Part shown: positions 50,901 through 60,088 of the stretch, one piece after another
Layout of the letters: each line of letters starts with the position of its first letter
Numbering within the stretch: the stretch's first letter is position 1
From: Octopus sinensis
Taxonomy: Eukaryota
Direction of reading: 5' to 3'
NCBI RefSeq assembly: GCF_006345805.1
Contig: NC_043009.1
Coordinates: forward strand, 34,348,001 to 34,412,000
Length of the DNA stretch: 64,000 nucleotides
Notes under the pieces: model-generated
What the model saw: only the letters and a program-made list of their open reading frames with translations
The model's database searches: none
Told to the model about the DNA's origin: nothing
Position numbers and translations under genes: made by a program

Positions 50901-53900
50901 GTGGAGACTTTATAAAATATAAAATAGATCAAGAAATGAAATGAATAATGAGACATCTGTACATCATTGGGTTTAAGTGTCAAAAGTTTGTACAACACTT
51001 TGCCATTCTCTTGGTTGCAATAGTAGGTTCCATTGACAAGCATTGTCAGATGACTGGTGTTATTTTGACTGCATGGTTTATGTCAGAGTATCTTTCTCCT
51101 AGAAGAGCTACCTTTCTCATGGCTGTCAAAAATAACAGGAGCCTCCTCTACCCATGGGAAATTTATTAAACCCATAGATGGGACCCTGAGAGATACTACC
51201 ATTCCTGGTTAAAAACGACCTGGGAGCAATGGTAATTAAGGAGTGGCTCCACACACCCCATAACCCCATAACTTTCAAACTGGAGCCACACCACTGGATG
51301 CAATTTAATGATATACCTAGGATGACTGGATGGATGGGCGGATGAACAGACAGACACAGATATAAAATATGTGTTACTAAAGAATATTATAGCTGAATAA
51401 AGAAAATACAGACCTCGGAACTCTCTGCATTCAGTAAAACAGTGGCCCACAATGTGTTTGCAGTGCCAGTACTCAAACCAGTATTTGGGCCACTTGATTG
51501 GATGCTTGATGAGATCCGAGCCATTGATGTGAAAACCCAGAAGATATTAACCAGCACACATAATTTCCATACTGACAGTGACACAGACTATCTCTACCTA
51601 AAACAAAAACAAGGGGCAGAGGCTTAACATTAATCCAGACTGCCTCTGAGTGTCGCATCATATCTCTTCGGCAACATCTTTTAATCACCAAATGTTGAAG
51701 TGCATTCTTTGGCTAAGTTTGCATACATAAAGCTGATAACATCATGAGACTTGGAAAGCAGCTCCTTTAGCAACACTCCTTGTCTGATAACTTTAAATGC
51801 ATGCCTCAAGAAGTCACAAGATTCTACCACAATGTATAATCAGATGAAAGGATGAGTGTATATCAGCAGAAGACCATGCATGGATATGTTAGTAGAAAGC
51901 TCTGGGATGATAGTAACATTGATTATCAAAGCAGCCTTATGGACCAACAACCAGATTACTACCTCCCACTTTGAAGGGTATGTGCTTGCAATCCAGGATC
52001 AGGAAATATCAACAGAATAACTGATGCACAAAAGGGACAGAAACACAGGAAAAGCAGTAAAATGTGATAACCAATGCACACTTTGTGGAGTTAACACCAA
52101 AGATATCACCCACATCATAAGCAGTTGTCCAAAACTATTATAACAGTGTTATCAACTGATGAGAAATGATGTTGTAGCTAAGACACTGTAATAATGAGAT
52201 CCATCAGAAAGATAACCCTGAGACCAAAGAAATAAGAACCCACAATATGGTAGAAGCCATAGCCTCTCATAATAAAGAGAAGTACTGGAGGAATGTCCCA
52301 GTGAAAACCTCAATAAAATGCAAACATAACAGAGCAGACATAGTGATTTGGGATAGAAAAGAGAAACTGAGTATAGTTTGGAAATCAGCTGCCCAGTGGA
52401 TGTTAACATAAAGCTAAAGATCAGTGAAAAGGAAAATATCTACCTTGAGCTATTGAGAAATCTGCAGTTACTCTATCCAGATTACAAGTTCAGGTTTATA
52501 CCTGTAATTATTAGAGCACTGAGATATGTAACACACTGCCTTAGTACCAATCATGAGAAATAAGGCTTATCAAAACCAGAAAGGAGAAAGGTGATTCAAA
52601 GATGAAATATCCAAGCCATCACTGGAACTGTAAAAATGAGCATGTCTAGACATGCAACTATATACATGAGAATACATACATAAAACAAAACATCCAGATT
52701 CGCACATATACATACATACAACAATACCCTGTTGATGTTGCAATTCCAGTGAAGAAGACTTGGATCTTGGTTAGAAATCAATGCTGGGTGGGGGAGACTA
52801 ATTGACTGACTGACTCACACACATCATCATCATCATTGTTCGACCGTGGTCGAGACAATGGAATTTACTATGTTGCGCCAGACTTCACGGTCCATCATAG
52901 CATTACGGAGGTCCTGTTGCTGGATGCCTGTATCCCTGGAGATTACATCAGGGTAGGAGAGTGTGCGCCCTCTGGTGTTGCGAGTAGATGGCTTCCAGAG
53001 GAGAAGAGTAGAAATTACTTCTTTTTCAGCTCTACAACAATGTCCAGCAAACTGGACTCTCCTACCTTTCACAAGAGATGACACAGGTGGTAATTTCCCA
53101 TATATTTGCATTTTAGTTGGATGGCACCTCCACACACACACACACACACTTGAATAATTATGCCAACAAGCAACATTTGTTGAACATAAGAAGAGTGATA
53201 ATGAATGAAACTTTATCCAAAAAAAGAGGTGAAATATATTTTTTTTCCAAACAGTATAAACAAAAGCATGTGGTTTCACAATTAGCAACATTCCAACAAA
53301 TACCATGCTGCCTGCTAGCGAAACTACATTACAGGCTATGACAGCTGACCACTGCCCCCCCCCTACTACTACTACTACTAGTAATCTTCATGATCATTGT
53401 TGCAGTGGTCAGAGATTGTATCAGTGAAATATGTCCTTGATAAAATATTTCAAGAAAAAAATAACTTTAACTTTGAAATACTCCCTCAGAGAGAGAGACG
53501 AACAAAGACAATATTAAGAGCTATTAATGAAATTGGAGATGAGTATTTAGAGCGATGTAATGAACCTCCATTCTGGCAGATTAACACCTCTTTATATGCC
53601 ATGTCTAACAATGCAAAGCAATACATGAACAACACTCAAAAAGTAAACAAAACTAGAATAAGTGAAAAAAGTGTCATCAGGGGTTTTGAAGACAGAGACA
53701 ATGGTTGGTGATATATAGAAACAATTTCAACATCAAAATGACTTCAGAATTCATTACAGAGTACTTAAATACACTGTTTCAGGTTTGCCAGCACACTATT
53801 AATCCATTAATGCATAGCATCCAGAAAAATGGATGCAGGAAAAATTACTATTACTTGTTTCGTATGTATAGTTGGTTTGTTTGTATGCAGTGCTTGCTCA

Positions 53901-56900
53901 CTCATAGAGCACTAGTTTAGAGGCAGACCATACCAAAAATAAGCTCAATAGGTAGTTTACTTAACAAGCAATAGTAATTTTTCCGGCGTCCATTTTTCTG
54001 AATGCTATGCATTAATGGGTTAAAATTAAAGACTAACACTATAATTATCCTACTATATACAATCGACCAAGCTAGTGGTATGTGCAATGGTACCTGTTTA
54101 ATTACTCAAGACATTCAAGGAAACATCATTAAGACAAAAATTATAACTGAAGGCTCTCATTGCAAAAAAAAACTGCTTATTCCAGGCATTACTTTTGCTT
54201 CTGTTGGTGAAGAGTTACCATTTACTTTAATTAGAGAACAATTTCCAATTAAATTAGCAATGGCTTACACTTATTGTCCGATCCCCATATACTGCATTAA
54301 TATTTCTCACACTTTCCATTGCGTCGTTGCCTTTATTGAACTCATAGAGCAAAATATGCTGACTGTTAAAATCAAATTGCACTCTCAAAACTTGCACTAA
54401 GAATAAGCGCAAGGTAAAATTACTACCTTGCTTTTATTGCAAGTTAATGCAGGTAGTTTATCCCATCCCCTTCTGACTTTTATTTCATGCAATTGAAAAA
54501 AAAAGCGCATTATTTATGGGATGGCCCAATACTTTCTATATCTATCCTTTCACACGAGAAAAATATGGACCACAAACATAAGTAGAGGAAAATATATCTG
54601 TACACATCATCAAGTATAGTTCTGGGGGCAGAATTACAACCAAATGCCATCATACAATAAATATCCTTTACTTATAAATATCTTTTATAATTCATTTTCA
54701 CTTCTTTGCTTTAAACACTACTTTGCATTTTCTTAGAATTTCATAAAAATTTAATCATCAATAACTTATAAACAGAATTTAAACTATGAGGCATTGTTAC
54801 TTATCAATACCATATGAAAAAAGAGAGATTTCAGCCTCCAGTACCACAAATTTCATAAGGCTAGAATGTCTTTGATCAGAGTCATTCCAGCCTTGATCAC
54901 TTTGTCTTTTTAGGATATACATAAAATTATATTATTTCACGACCACAAACCACATAGGGGCACCAACTATCAAAAAATATCTAAAATTGTTAGAAAATAC
55001 ATATGTAAGAAGCTCACAGAATTGGTTCTGAAACTTTAATTTGCTGTGGTTTATGTTTCAGTGTATTAAAGATAAAGATGTTATTTCATATGCAAGTGAA
55101 ATAAACTTAAACACTTCAAATAAGAAACAAAAATGTACTGCAGTATAATTTACCTTATCCATATTCAGTTTTTTTAATTGAAAAATACGTAGGAATCTCT
55201 TTATATATAAATGGCAAAATGTCTGTGTGCATGTCCTTTATACAAATCCACAATTTTTCAGTTTAGAGGGCTCGCACTTTCTATGGTCATTCAAAACCAT
55301 CCAAGGGTGGTCGTGCACATCTTTACATTTCCCCAGTCACCCCGTAAAGCCATTAAAAAATCAATAGATGTGACTTTTTTGTGAATTTTCTATCCAAAAC
55401 CCAATCAAAATGCCCGAAACTTGATACGCCAATTGAATGCCAGCTAGCTGTATGTGATTGGTCAGAGATTTGGACAGTACTCGCGTATATGTATGCACAC
55501 ACGCAGCTGTATATGCATGCACTAGCACCATGACCTGGTGTTGCCGGGTCATAGAACTAGTATATAATAAAAGTGTATCAACGCAAAACACTTTCTTCAA
55601 GACGATGGAATAGATTGCTATACTAATGAAAGGTGTAGATTGATTGCAGGGAAATGTACAACTTATGCATCTGCACACCTTCTTTCTTCTCCTTATCCCG
55701 TCTTGGATTCTACTTACCTAATACCAATAATTTGGACTTATTGCATAACTGCTCAAGGAGAATACCAGCATATACCACAACATACCCCAACTGATCTTTT
55801 ATTGACCTCTTGTGATCTGGACTCCTCTAACATTCATTTCTACACTAATGTTTTGACTATGTTTAAATATATAAATGTCAATCTGACCTGACACAAGTTC
55901 TTTGCCTGTTTATACCTTTGTTGTTCTATTCTATACCCATGTACACAAAATTTTTTAACACGTGTATATGATTTATATAAACCATATATATATATTTCAG
56001 ATGGCCAGATAACCGAAGAGATGGTGTTGTGGATTCCACCTTGGCATCCGAAACTCAGAGTTTTATCTTGGCTACCGAATAATTGTCACGTATTATTTTA
56101 CAGATAAATTTCCTCTATTTACATAATATTGAGGTCTCTTTCCTTCTTTTGTTATCTTACCGTTTACCATTTTTACCAATATGATTTATATATATATATA
56201 AATCATGCAGATACATACACCCCAGTTCAGCCAGGTCACTGTTATCTCTTCTCCATTCAGCCTCTTTCTTTTGGTCATTTCATCATGTTAAACTGTTAAT
56301 CGTGACACATTTTCTCTCTCTCTCCATTTTTTTCCCTCTCATCCCTTTATGTTGAAAAGTATAGGTTTGAAACACCAAAGACTTTTTCCATTCTTCCCAA
56401 ACATCAAACTATTACACCTGCTTGTTATTCCCACACCTGTCTTTGTCTTTTGTTTTCTGTACATTTGAACCACACACACACACGAGTGAGTAGACAAACA
56501 AAAGAAAGTGGCACTCAACACATTTGGCAGGAGTTACATACATTATTTGATAATGGTCTGATTTGGCTCCATGCAACTTAAAGTTTTATGGGCTTGTAAA
56601 ACAAACCAAGCTCTTCAAGCCTTGGTAACCAAAAGGAGAAAGTTCAAGATGGCTACTAGATATTGGGCTGTTATTGGTCAAGGTATGTCACATGGTACTG
56701 TTGGTACTGTTACTGATACAGTAGTGACATCAGATAGGGATAGAAATCCCAATCTTTACTTCTAGGACCATGTGGTTGGACAGGATATAAGCAGCATGTT
56801 ACTGTCTAAGGCAGTGGTTTTCAACCAGGGTTCCACAGAACCTTAGGGTTCTGCCAGTACAGTCCAGTGGAATGTTTCCTTGGGGTTCCGTTCCAGCAAA

Positions 56901-57334
56901 AAGGTTGGAAAGCACTGGTCTAAGGAATGAAAAGAGAATTGTTAGCAATGCCAGCTGCTGGTGTGCATGTATGTGTGTGTGTGTGTGTACCTGAGCACTG
57001 AGTTCATTAATGCAAATGTATGTGCATGGGTGTGTGAATCTGGTGTATGTATACATCAGGGTATGTATCACCTGTGACTATACATCATTGTGTGTGTGCA
57101 TACGTGCACATACACGTGTTAGTATCTACTGTGTGTAGGTATGTGTGAACATGTGTGTATGAGTGTGTACATATGAGTATGTCTGTGTGTGTGTGCATGT
57201 GTAACTGATGTGCTAGTGTGTTGTTTGGAGTTATGCAACAGCATCATTGAGAGGATAACCAAATTTATTGTAAGATTAAGATTTGGCAGCGCTAGGGAAA
57301 GAAAGAAAGAAAGGAAAGCAATACACACACACAT

Positions 57335-57384
<50 letters not shown>

Positions 57385-57899
57385 ACAGTCATAGAAGATT
57401 ACAGAAAATGTATAGAATGGAAAGGCCTAGATGGATCAATCTAGTCTATGCGGGTAACAGAAGTTAAGTACCCTGCCCTAGCATATGGGGTAGTCAGACT
57501 TAAGATGGTATATCTGGGTTGTCAGCAGTGACCTGCATTGACCAATAGCAGCCCAATATCCAGCAGCCATCTTGAACTTTCTTCACTCAATTACTTAAGT
57601 CTGAAAAGCAGAAAGATGAAAAGTTTATGATTTGGGAGGAAAATCATTGATCATAGCTCTGTTTGATCATGAATACTCTGGGAACTTAAATAATGACAAC
57701 TGATCTTTCAACATAAGCACAGAAACAACGTATACATATTCTGCATCATGATAAACACAGCCAGCCTACATGGCAAATTTAAAAGTCATAGCAGCCTGTA
57801 CATACCGTGTCGTATCGTACTAATCCAGGTTTCTCTCTGTTTGCTGGTATCCGCAACAATATACAATGTGTAACATTCTCCATATTCTTCATACACAAT
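7166..57899 (-). CDS. Btk29A/TEC-like: Tec/Btk-family tyrosine kinase (PH-TH-SH3-SH2-kinase), 5'-partial, 15 exons in window, 542 aa
   Basis: Manually spliced exons join in consistent phases into a stop-free 1629-nt frame. It contains the PH C-terminus, Btk Zn motif (H-C-C-C), SH3 (AIYDY..WW..YIPSNYV), SH2 (FMVRDS) and kinase ([30 protein letters not shown]). There is no C-terminal inhibitory Tyr tail. Exact orthology not established. Confidence 0.95.
7320..7760 (+). mobile_element. RTE-clade LINE fragment (RT C-terminus plus Cys-rich insert)
   Basis: [24 protein letters not shown] followed by [22 protein letters not shown]. Lies antisense in the last intron, next to the terminal exon. Confidence 0.8.
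8915..9035 (-). mobile_element. RTE LINE 3' end, short copy
   Basis: [27 protein letters not shown] plus (TGA)n tail; near-identical to 52825-53105. Confidence 0.8.
9609..9769 (-). CDS. Tec kinase exon n: C-lobe ([54 protein letters not shown]), 161 nt, phase 1 to 0
   Basis: ttacAG acceptor, GTGAGT donor; lies within ORF 9468..10133. Confidence 0.97.
9790..10200 (+). mobile_element. tRNA-derived SINE, family 1
   Basis: Head gactgtgtggtaagaagtttgc..gggttcagtccc, (TG)n middle, gactgaaacaa tail; abuts the exon n acceptor. Confidence 0.8.
11140..12850 (+). mobile_element. Degenerate R4/Dong-like (RLE-type) non-LTR retrotransposon, 3' half, interrupted by SINEs
   Basis: [15 protein letters not shown] (YADD-equivalent), [12 protein letters not shown], and CCHC knuckle [18 protein letters not shown]. 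Confidence 0.7.
12195..12440 (+). mobile_element. tRNA-derived SINE, family 2
   Basis: ggcggcgaactggcagaa..gagttcaaattcc head. Decayed minus-strand copies near 7980-8230, 17740-17950 and 45560-46150. Confidence 0.75.
12855..13266 (-). mobile_element. tRNA-derived SINE, family 1
   Basis: Full-length match to the family consensus seen across the window. Confidence 0.85.
13624..13742 (-). CDS. Tec kinase exon m: activation loop ([39 protein letters not shown]), 119 nt, phase 2 to 1
   Basis: ctacAG acceptor, GTGAGT donor, SPE and SKSDVWAFG motifs. Confidence 0.97.
14430..14628 (-). CDS. Tec kinase exon l: catalytic loop and DFG (GSLKQHL...[26 protein letters not shown]), 199 nt, phase 1 to 2
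   Basis: ttctcAG acceptor, GTAATT donor; lies within ORF 14426..14662. Confidence 0.97.
15000..17530 (+). mobile_element. Degenerate R4/Dong-like (RLE-type) non-LTR retrotransposon with internal deletion and two tandem duplications
   Basis: [65 protein letters not shown]. Many stops and frameshifts. Confidence 0.85.
18452..18545 (+). ncRNA. Intact type I hammerhead ribozyme
   Basis: Stem I CTCTG/CAGAG, core CTGACGA (18457-18463), stem II GGCA/TGCC, GAAA, palindromic stem III ACTATGCATAGT, GTC cleavage triplet (cut after 18540). All canonical core nucleotides are present. Confidence 0.88.
18935..19570 (-). mobile_element. Degenerate Tigger/pogo transposase fragment
   Basis: Frameshifted [21 protein letters not shown] and [39 protein letters not shown] match TIGD/Tigger motifs. 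Confidence 0.8.
19623..19711 (-). CDS. Tec kinase exon k: hinge region ([29 protein letters not shown]), 89 nt, phase 2 to 1
   Basis: tttacAG acceptor, GTAAGT donor, [10 protein letters not shown] motif. Confidence 0.96.
20938..21041 (-). CDS. Tec kinase exon j: VAVK and helix C ([35 protein letters not shown]), 104 nt, phase 0 to 2
   Basis: cttgtAG acceptor, GTAAGT donor, Tec-typical MSEDxFIEEAK motif. Confidence 0.96.
23222..23286 (-). CDS. Tec kinase exon i: kinase start and Gly-rich loop ([22 protein letters not shown]), 65 nt, phase 1 to 0
   Basis: cttcAG acceptor, GTAAGT donor, WEI and GxGxFG motifs. Confidence 0.95.
24912..24986 (-). CDS. Tec kinase exon h: SH2 end and SH2-kinase linker ([25 protein letters not shown]), 75 nt, phase 1 to 1
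   Basis: taatAG acceptor, GTAAGT donor, Tec-typical GLxTRLRYP...PxTAG motif. Confidence 0.95.
25678..26070 (+). mobile_element. tRNA-headed SINE (family 3) with conserved central domain
   Basis: ggcgcaatggcccagtggttagggcagcggactcgcgg head. The central gagaactatgttaagggtacacgtgtc block recurs, decayed, near 21800-21880. Confidence 0.75.
27239..27354 (-). CDS. Tec kinase exon g: SH2 C-half ([38 protein letters not shown]), 116 nt, phase 2 to 1
   Basis: tttcAG acceptor, G|GTAGTA donor, HYHI and LIxYHxHN motifs. Confidence 0.95.
30233..30700 (-). mobile_element. Penelope-like RT C-terminal (thumb) fragment
   Basis: [51 protein letters not shown] resembles the LPFLD..YRKPT..S.HP region. Enclosed by 160-bp inverted repeats. 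Confidence 0.55.
31644..31775 (-). CDS. Tec kinase exon f: SH2 N-half ([44 protein letters not shown]), 132 nt, phase 2 to 2
   Basis: ctcatAG acceptor, GTAAGT donor, FLVRDS-type phosphotyrosine-binding Arg. Confidence 0.96.
31960..32230. mobile_element. Abundant (CAT)n-tailed interspersed repeat (SINE or LINE tail, family 4)
   Basis: tttccatgctagcatgggttggacgg..ggctggatgcccttcct..gccaaccac. Also at about 3490-3680, 11720-11940, 23900-24060, 46190-46540 and 48620-48880. Confidence 0.75.
33004..34293 (-). mobile_element. Full-length but inactivated maT (DD37D) Tc1/mariner transposon, 1290 bp
   Basis: TA TSDs and imperfect TIRs starting [16 protein letters not shown]...[11 protein letters not shown] has 37 residues between the second and third Asp. 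Internal stops. Confidence 0.92.
34488..34547 (-). CDS. Tec kinase exon e: SH3 end ([20 protein letters not shown]), 60 nt, phase 2 to 2
   Basis: ctcacAG acceptor, GTAAGA donor, GYIPSNYV motif. Confidence 0.96.
34555..34722. repeat. (GA)n/(TC)n microsatellite filling the SH3 micro-intron
   Basis: Near-continuous GA repeat between exons d and e. Confidence 0.95.
34743..34807 (-). CDS. Tec kinase exon d: SH3 middle ([22 protein letters not shown]), 65 nt, phase 0 to 2, GC donor
   Basis: catgcAG acceptor and SH3 WW motif. Only the GG|GCAAGT donor keeps frame with the next exon. Confidence 0.92.
35010..35425 (-). mobile_element. tRNA-derived SINE, family 1, with internal 22-bp tandem duplication
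   Basis: Family match; cccggtacttattctttgtaag is duplicated. Confidence 0.85.
35916..36135. mobile_element. piggyBac-type MITE (220 bp)
   Basis: TTAA TSDs; TIRs CCCTTTAGCATTC / GAATACTAAAGGG. Confidence 0.85.
36540..36775 (-). mobile_element. CR1 LINE 3' end
   Basis: [50 protein letters not shown] is a CR1 ORF2 C-terminal signature. Confidence 0.85.
37002..37228. mobile_element. piggyBac-type MITE, copy 1
   Basis: TTAA TSDs and CCC..TTCGTTAC / GTAAC..AAAGGG TIRs; inverted homologue at 44781-45000. Confidence 0.85.
37340..37720 (-). mobile_element. tRNA-derived SINE, family 1
   Basis: Full-length family match. Confidence 0.85.
38252..38531 (-). mobile_element. tRNA-like head flanked by inverted hammerhead-like segments
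   Basis: Minus-strand A box TAGTGTAGTGG and B box GAGTTCAATCC at about 38340-38410. Roughly 78-bp inverted arms carry CT(G/A)AAGA-A-GG(C/T)TG..CAGC(C/A)-(G)AA(A)C. Confidence 0.6.
39530..39926 (+). mobile_element. Non-autonomous Helitron (397 bp) with internal tandem duplication of about 102 bp
   Basis: 5' TC, 3' GC hairpin cccaagcaacgctggg then CTAG, inserted between A and T. Confidence 0.85.
39990..40592 (+). mobile_element. Gypsy/Ty3 LTR retrotransposon gag-protease remnant
   Basis: Zn knuckle [10 protein letters not shown](Y)[10 protein letters not shown], aspartic protease [12 protein letters not shown]...LFGTDW with an internal stop, and RT start [12 protein letters not shown] where it is truncated. 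Confidence 0.85.
42833..42963 (-). CDS. Tec kinase exon c: linker and SH3 start ([44 protein letters not shown]), 131 nt, phase 1 to 0
   Basis: ttttcAG acceptor, GTAAGA donor, ALYDY-type motif. Confidence 0.95.
43581..43640 (-). ncRNA. Type I hammerhead ribozyme with 1-nt core deletion
   Basis: Stem I TTATCG/CGGTAA, CTGAGGA, stem II GGGG/CCCC, GAA (one A missing), stem III TTGG-GA-CCAA, ATA triplet. Confidence 0.72.
44781..45000. mobile_element. piggyBac-type MITE, copy 2 (inverted relative to 37002-37228)
   Basis: TTAA TSDs, CCCTTTCGTTAC / GTAATGAAAGGG TIRs. Confidence 0.85.
45388..45525 (-). CDS. Tec kinase exon b: TH/Btk zinc motif ([46 protein letters not shown]), 138 nt, phase 1 to 1
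   Basis: tttacAG acceptor, GTAAGG donor. YHPGxW...CC...GC Zn ligands intact. Not in the ORF track. Confidence 0.95.
48890..49790 (+). mobile_element. RTE-clade LINE RT fragment nested in the hAT element
   Basis: [65 protein letters not shown]. Confidence 0.88.
49565..49785 (+). repeat. Perfect 39-bp tandem array (about 5.7 units)
   Basis: Unit aaatttgtgaacatgatcagggctttgaatcaatatatg ([13 protein letters not shown]); units start at 49565 + 39n. Confidence 0.95.
50420..50695. mobile_element. Degenerate hAT-Charlie (MER5-like) MITE
   Basis: Left end cagtgccattcaaagtg..ggaccggtgccggtccgc; right end tttgagaagtac is degraded; no clean TSD. Confidence 0.55.
51340..52640 (+). mobile_element. Degenerate RLE-type (R4/Dong-like) non-LTR retrotransposon, 3' half
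   Basis: [31 protein letters not shown] knuckle [18 protein letters not shown], and PD-(D/E)xK-like [17 protein letters not shown]. Confidence 0.8.
52825..53105 (-). mobile_element. RTE LINE 3' end
   Basis: [48 protein letters not shown] plus (TGA)n tail. Confidence 0.85.
53397..53711 (+). mobile_element. Probable pre-RT fragment of an RLE-type non-LTR element
   Basis: Resembles the N-terminal part of the 15 kb element family (WQINTSLYA); weak similarity only. Confidence 0.35.
54002..54275 (+). mobile_element. Helitron Pif1-like helicase fragment
   Basis: [46 protein letters not shown] matches the GLCNGT / RRQFPVRLAFAMT helicase motifs. Confidence 0.85.
55196..55560 (+). mobile_element. 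Non-autonomous Helitron (365 bp)
   Basis: 5' TC, 3' hairpin atgacctggtgttgccgggtcat then CTAG, A|T insertion site. Confidence 0.85.
56004..56072 (+). ncRNA. Degenerate type I hammerhead ribozyme motif
   Basis: Stem I GCCAGATAA/TTATCT(T)GGC, core CCGAAGA (U4C), stem II GATG/CATC, GAAA, stem III ACTC/GAGT, GTT triplet. Confidence 0.62.
56812..56917. mobile_element. hAT-Charlie-type MITE (106 bp)
   Basis: TIRs CAGTGGTTTTCAACC / GGTTGGAAAGCACTG and a perfect 8-bp TSD GTCTAAGG. Confidence 0.9.
57806..57899 (-). CDS. Tec kinase exon a: PH domain C-terminus ([31 protein letters not shown]), 94 nt, phase 0 to 1
   Basis: tttacAG acceptor and G|GTATGT donor. PH terminal helix Trp present; boundary parallels the YPFQ|VVY junction of Tec kinases. 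Confidence 0.9.
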
Positions 57900-58029
57900 C
57901 TGTAAAGACCAAATATTACAGATATATGATTCAGACATAAATTGGAAATTGGAATGCAAAATAAAACATTTTAATGTTAGCACAAATTTTGGAGATGGGG
58001 AATATAGTTGATGAAACCAGCTCATGTCA

Positions 58030-58437
58030 TTTACTTTATTACTCTTTACTCTTTTACTTGTTTCAGTCATTTGACTGCGGCCATGCTGGAGCACCGCCTT
58101 TAGTCGAGCAAATTGACCCCGGGACTTATTCTTTGTAAGCCCAGTACTTATTCTATCAGGCTCTTTTGCCGAACCGCTAAGTGACGGTGACGTAAACACA
58201 CCAGCATCGGTTGTCAAGCGATGCTAGGGGGACAGACACAGACACACACATACATATATATATACATATATACGACAGGCTTCTTTCAGTTTCCGTCTGC
58301 CAAATCCACTCACAAGGCATTGGTTGACCCGGGGCTATAGCAGAAGACACTTGCCCAAGATGCCACGCAGTGGGACTGAACCCGGAACCATGTGATTGGT
58401 TAGCAAGCTACTTACCACACAGCCACTCCTGCACCTA
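58030..58437 (-). mobile_element. tRNA-derived SINE, family 1
   Basis: Full-length family match just upstream of exon a. A further decayed plus-strand copy lies near 59070-59400. Confidence 0.85.
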
Positions 58438-60088
58438 TGTTGATTTCAGCCATAATACAAAAAAATCTTTCATACTGATTTAGCTAAAATTACTATTAAC
58501 TCTATTCATCACGGTTCCTCAAATTGGCAGGGGCCAAAAATATGAAGGGGTAAGTTTCTTTTTCTTTTATTGCTTGGTCAGTGAGGGAAGGAAAGTGCCC
58601 AAGACGCTTTTCTCAGAGCCACTAACTTTGGTAAGAAGAAAGGAGGAAGTTCTCTGGAAACCAGGCCCAAATATTTGCAACAGTGGAATTCTGGTAAAGA
58701 TACTCAAGACATTCTAATAGTTCTGACAATTCACTCCTGTCCCAAGATGGTACTGTATATATACACATATATAAATATTTAGTTCCTACATAGATTTCAC
58801 CATTGCAGTTATTTAGAATTCAGCACTGAATGTTCTAAGTGCACTTGGATGCCTAACTGCAATGAATCATCAGGGGAACACTTTCTTGCATTATTTATAA
58901 TGATGTTTATCTTAATTTTCCTCTACATATGCTCTGTATATTATAATTAGTAACACTACTAAGTACAGCAGTTGACTAACCACAATACTGGAAGCTGACT
59001 GGATAAAGATAATCTATGTGGAGCTCTAACTCCTACAGTTGTAGTTGTACAACTAATTATTGTACGAAGTTTGCTTCCTAACTATGTAATTCTGGATTCA
59101 GTCCCACTATGGGACACCTTGGGCAAGTGTCCTCCACTTTTACCTCAGGCTGACTAAATTTGAGTGAATTTGGTACACATATATTTGTATATACCTATAT
59201 GTCTGTGTTTTTGTGTTTGTGCTTGTCCCTCACAACAGCTTGAAAATCCAACATTGGTTTGTTTATGTCCCCATAACTTAGTGGATTGGCAAAAAGAGAT
59301 CGCTATAAGTACAATGCTTAGACTCAAATAAATAGCATGGTCCATTAGTTCAACTAAACCTTCCAATTCAGTATGGCTGCAGTCTAATGACTGAAACAAG
59401 TAAAAGGTAAACGATAAAATTATATATAACTTTGACAGCTTATGCCACCATATTGTCACATAACATTAAAGAATTAACATGGCAGGGAACTTACAAACAT
59501 TTCTAAACCTCATCACATGATCATCCTCAGCCAATGAAATCATATCCAAAGCAGATACTAATTTGAGCTGTGTTCTCTCTATAAAAACAAGAGAATTTTT
59601 GAACTCCAGTCAGAAGCAAAACAGTTGTAGCATAGCTCCATGTCTTTCTATCTCAACTTTTAAAAGTCTGAGAAATCTGTGGAACCCATTAAGTCTTTAA
59701 AAATTTTTAAATAAAAAATCCTGATGAATCCCAGTGCATTTTCAAATTCTATTTTCTACATATCCACTCGTGTAGTATAAGGTAACTTTGTTTTTTATAT
59801 ATATATATCAATTAAGGTAAAGATGAATGAAGACAAAATAAAACAAAGAATCAGAATAGTATGAGATGATGTAAAGAAAGGATAACAAAAATGATAAAAA
59901 TAGATACAGTGAAGTCAATGAAAAGTAAAGTGAAATCAATGAAAAATGTTATAAGAAAATAATTTCATAAAAATAAAGTCTGTTATAGTTATCCATTTTC
60001 TCTCATAAATTTCTTGAATGTAAATTTTAATTTATGTTTACAATTGACAATTAGTTCATTATGCCAATTAAGGATTTTTTTTCCTTAT

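Noticed and set aside
50050-51330. Apparent segmental duplication 50050-50330 vs 51010-51300
   Set aside because: The copies are heavily diverged; better explained as two dispersed copies of an interspersed repeat than a local duplication.
56638-57581. 44-bp inverted pair (56638-56681 / 57538-57581)
   Set aside because: Short, no TSD identified, and probably two copies of a common repeat.
59495-59578. 84-nt segment with a good minus-strand acceptor (ttgtttttatAG) and donor (GTAAGT), a possible upstream kinase exon
   Set aside because: Its only open frame is phase 1-1, exon a needs phase 0, and the peptide has no PH-domain resemblance. It could still be a UTR or cryptic exon but is unsupported.
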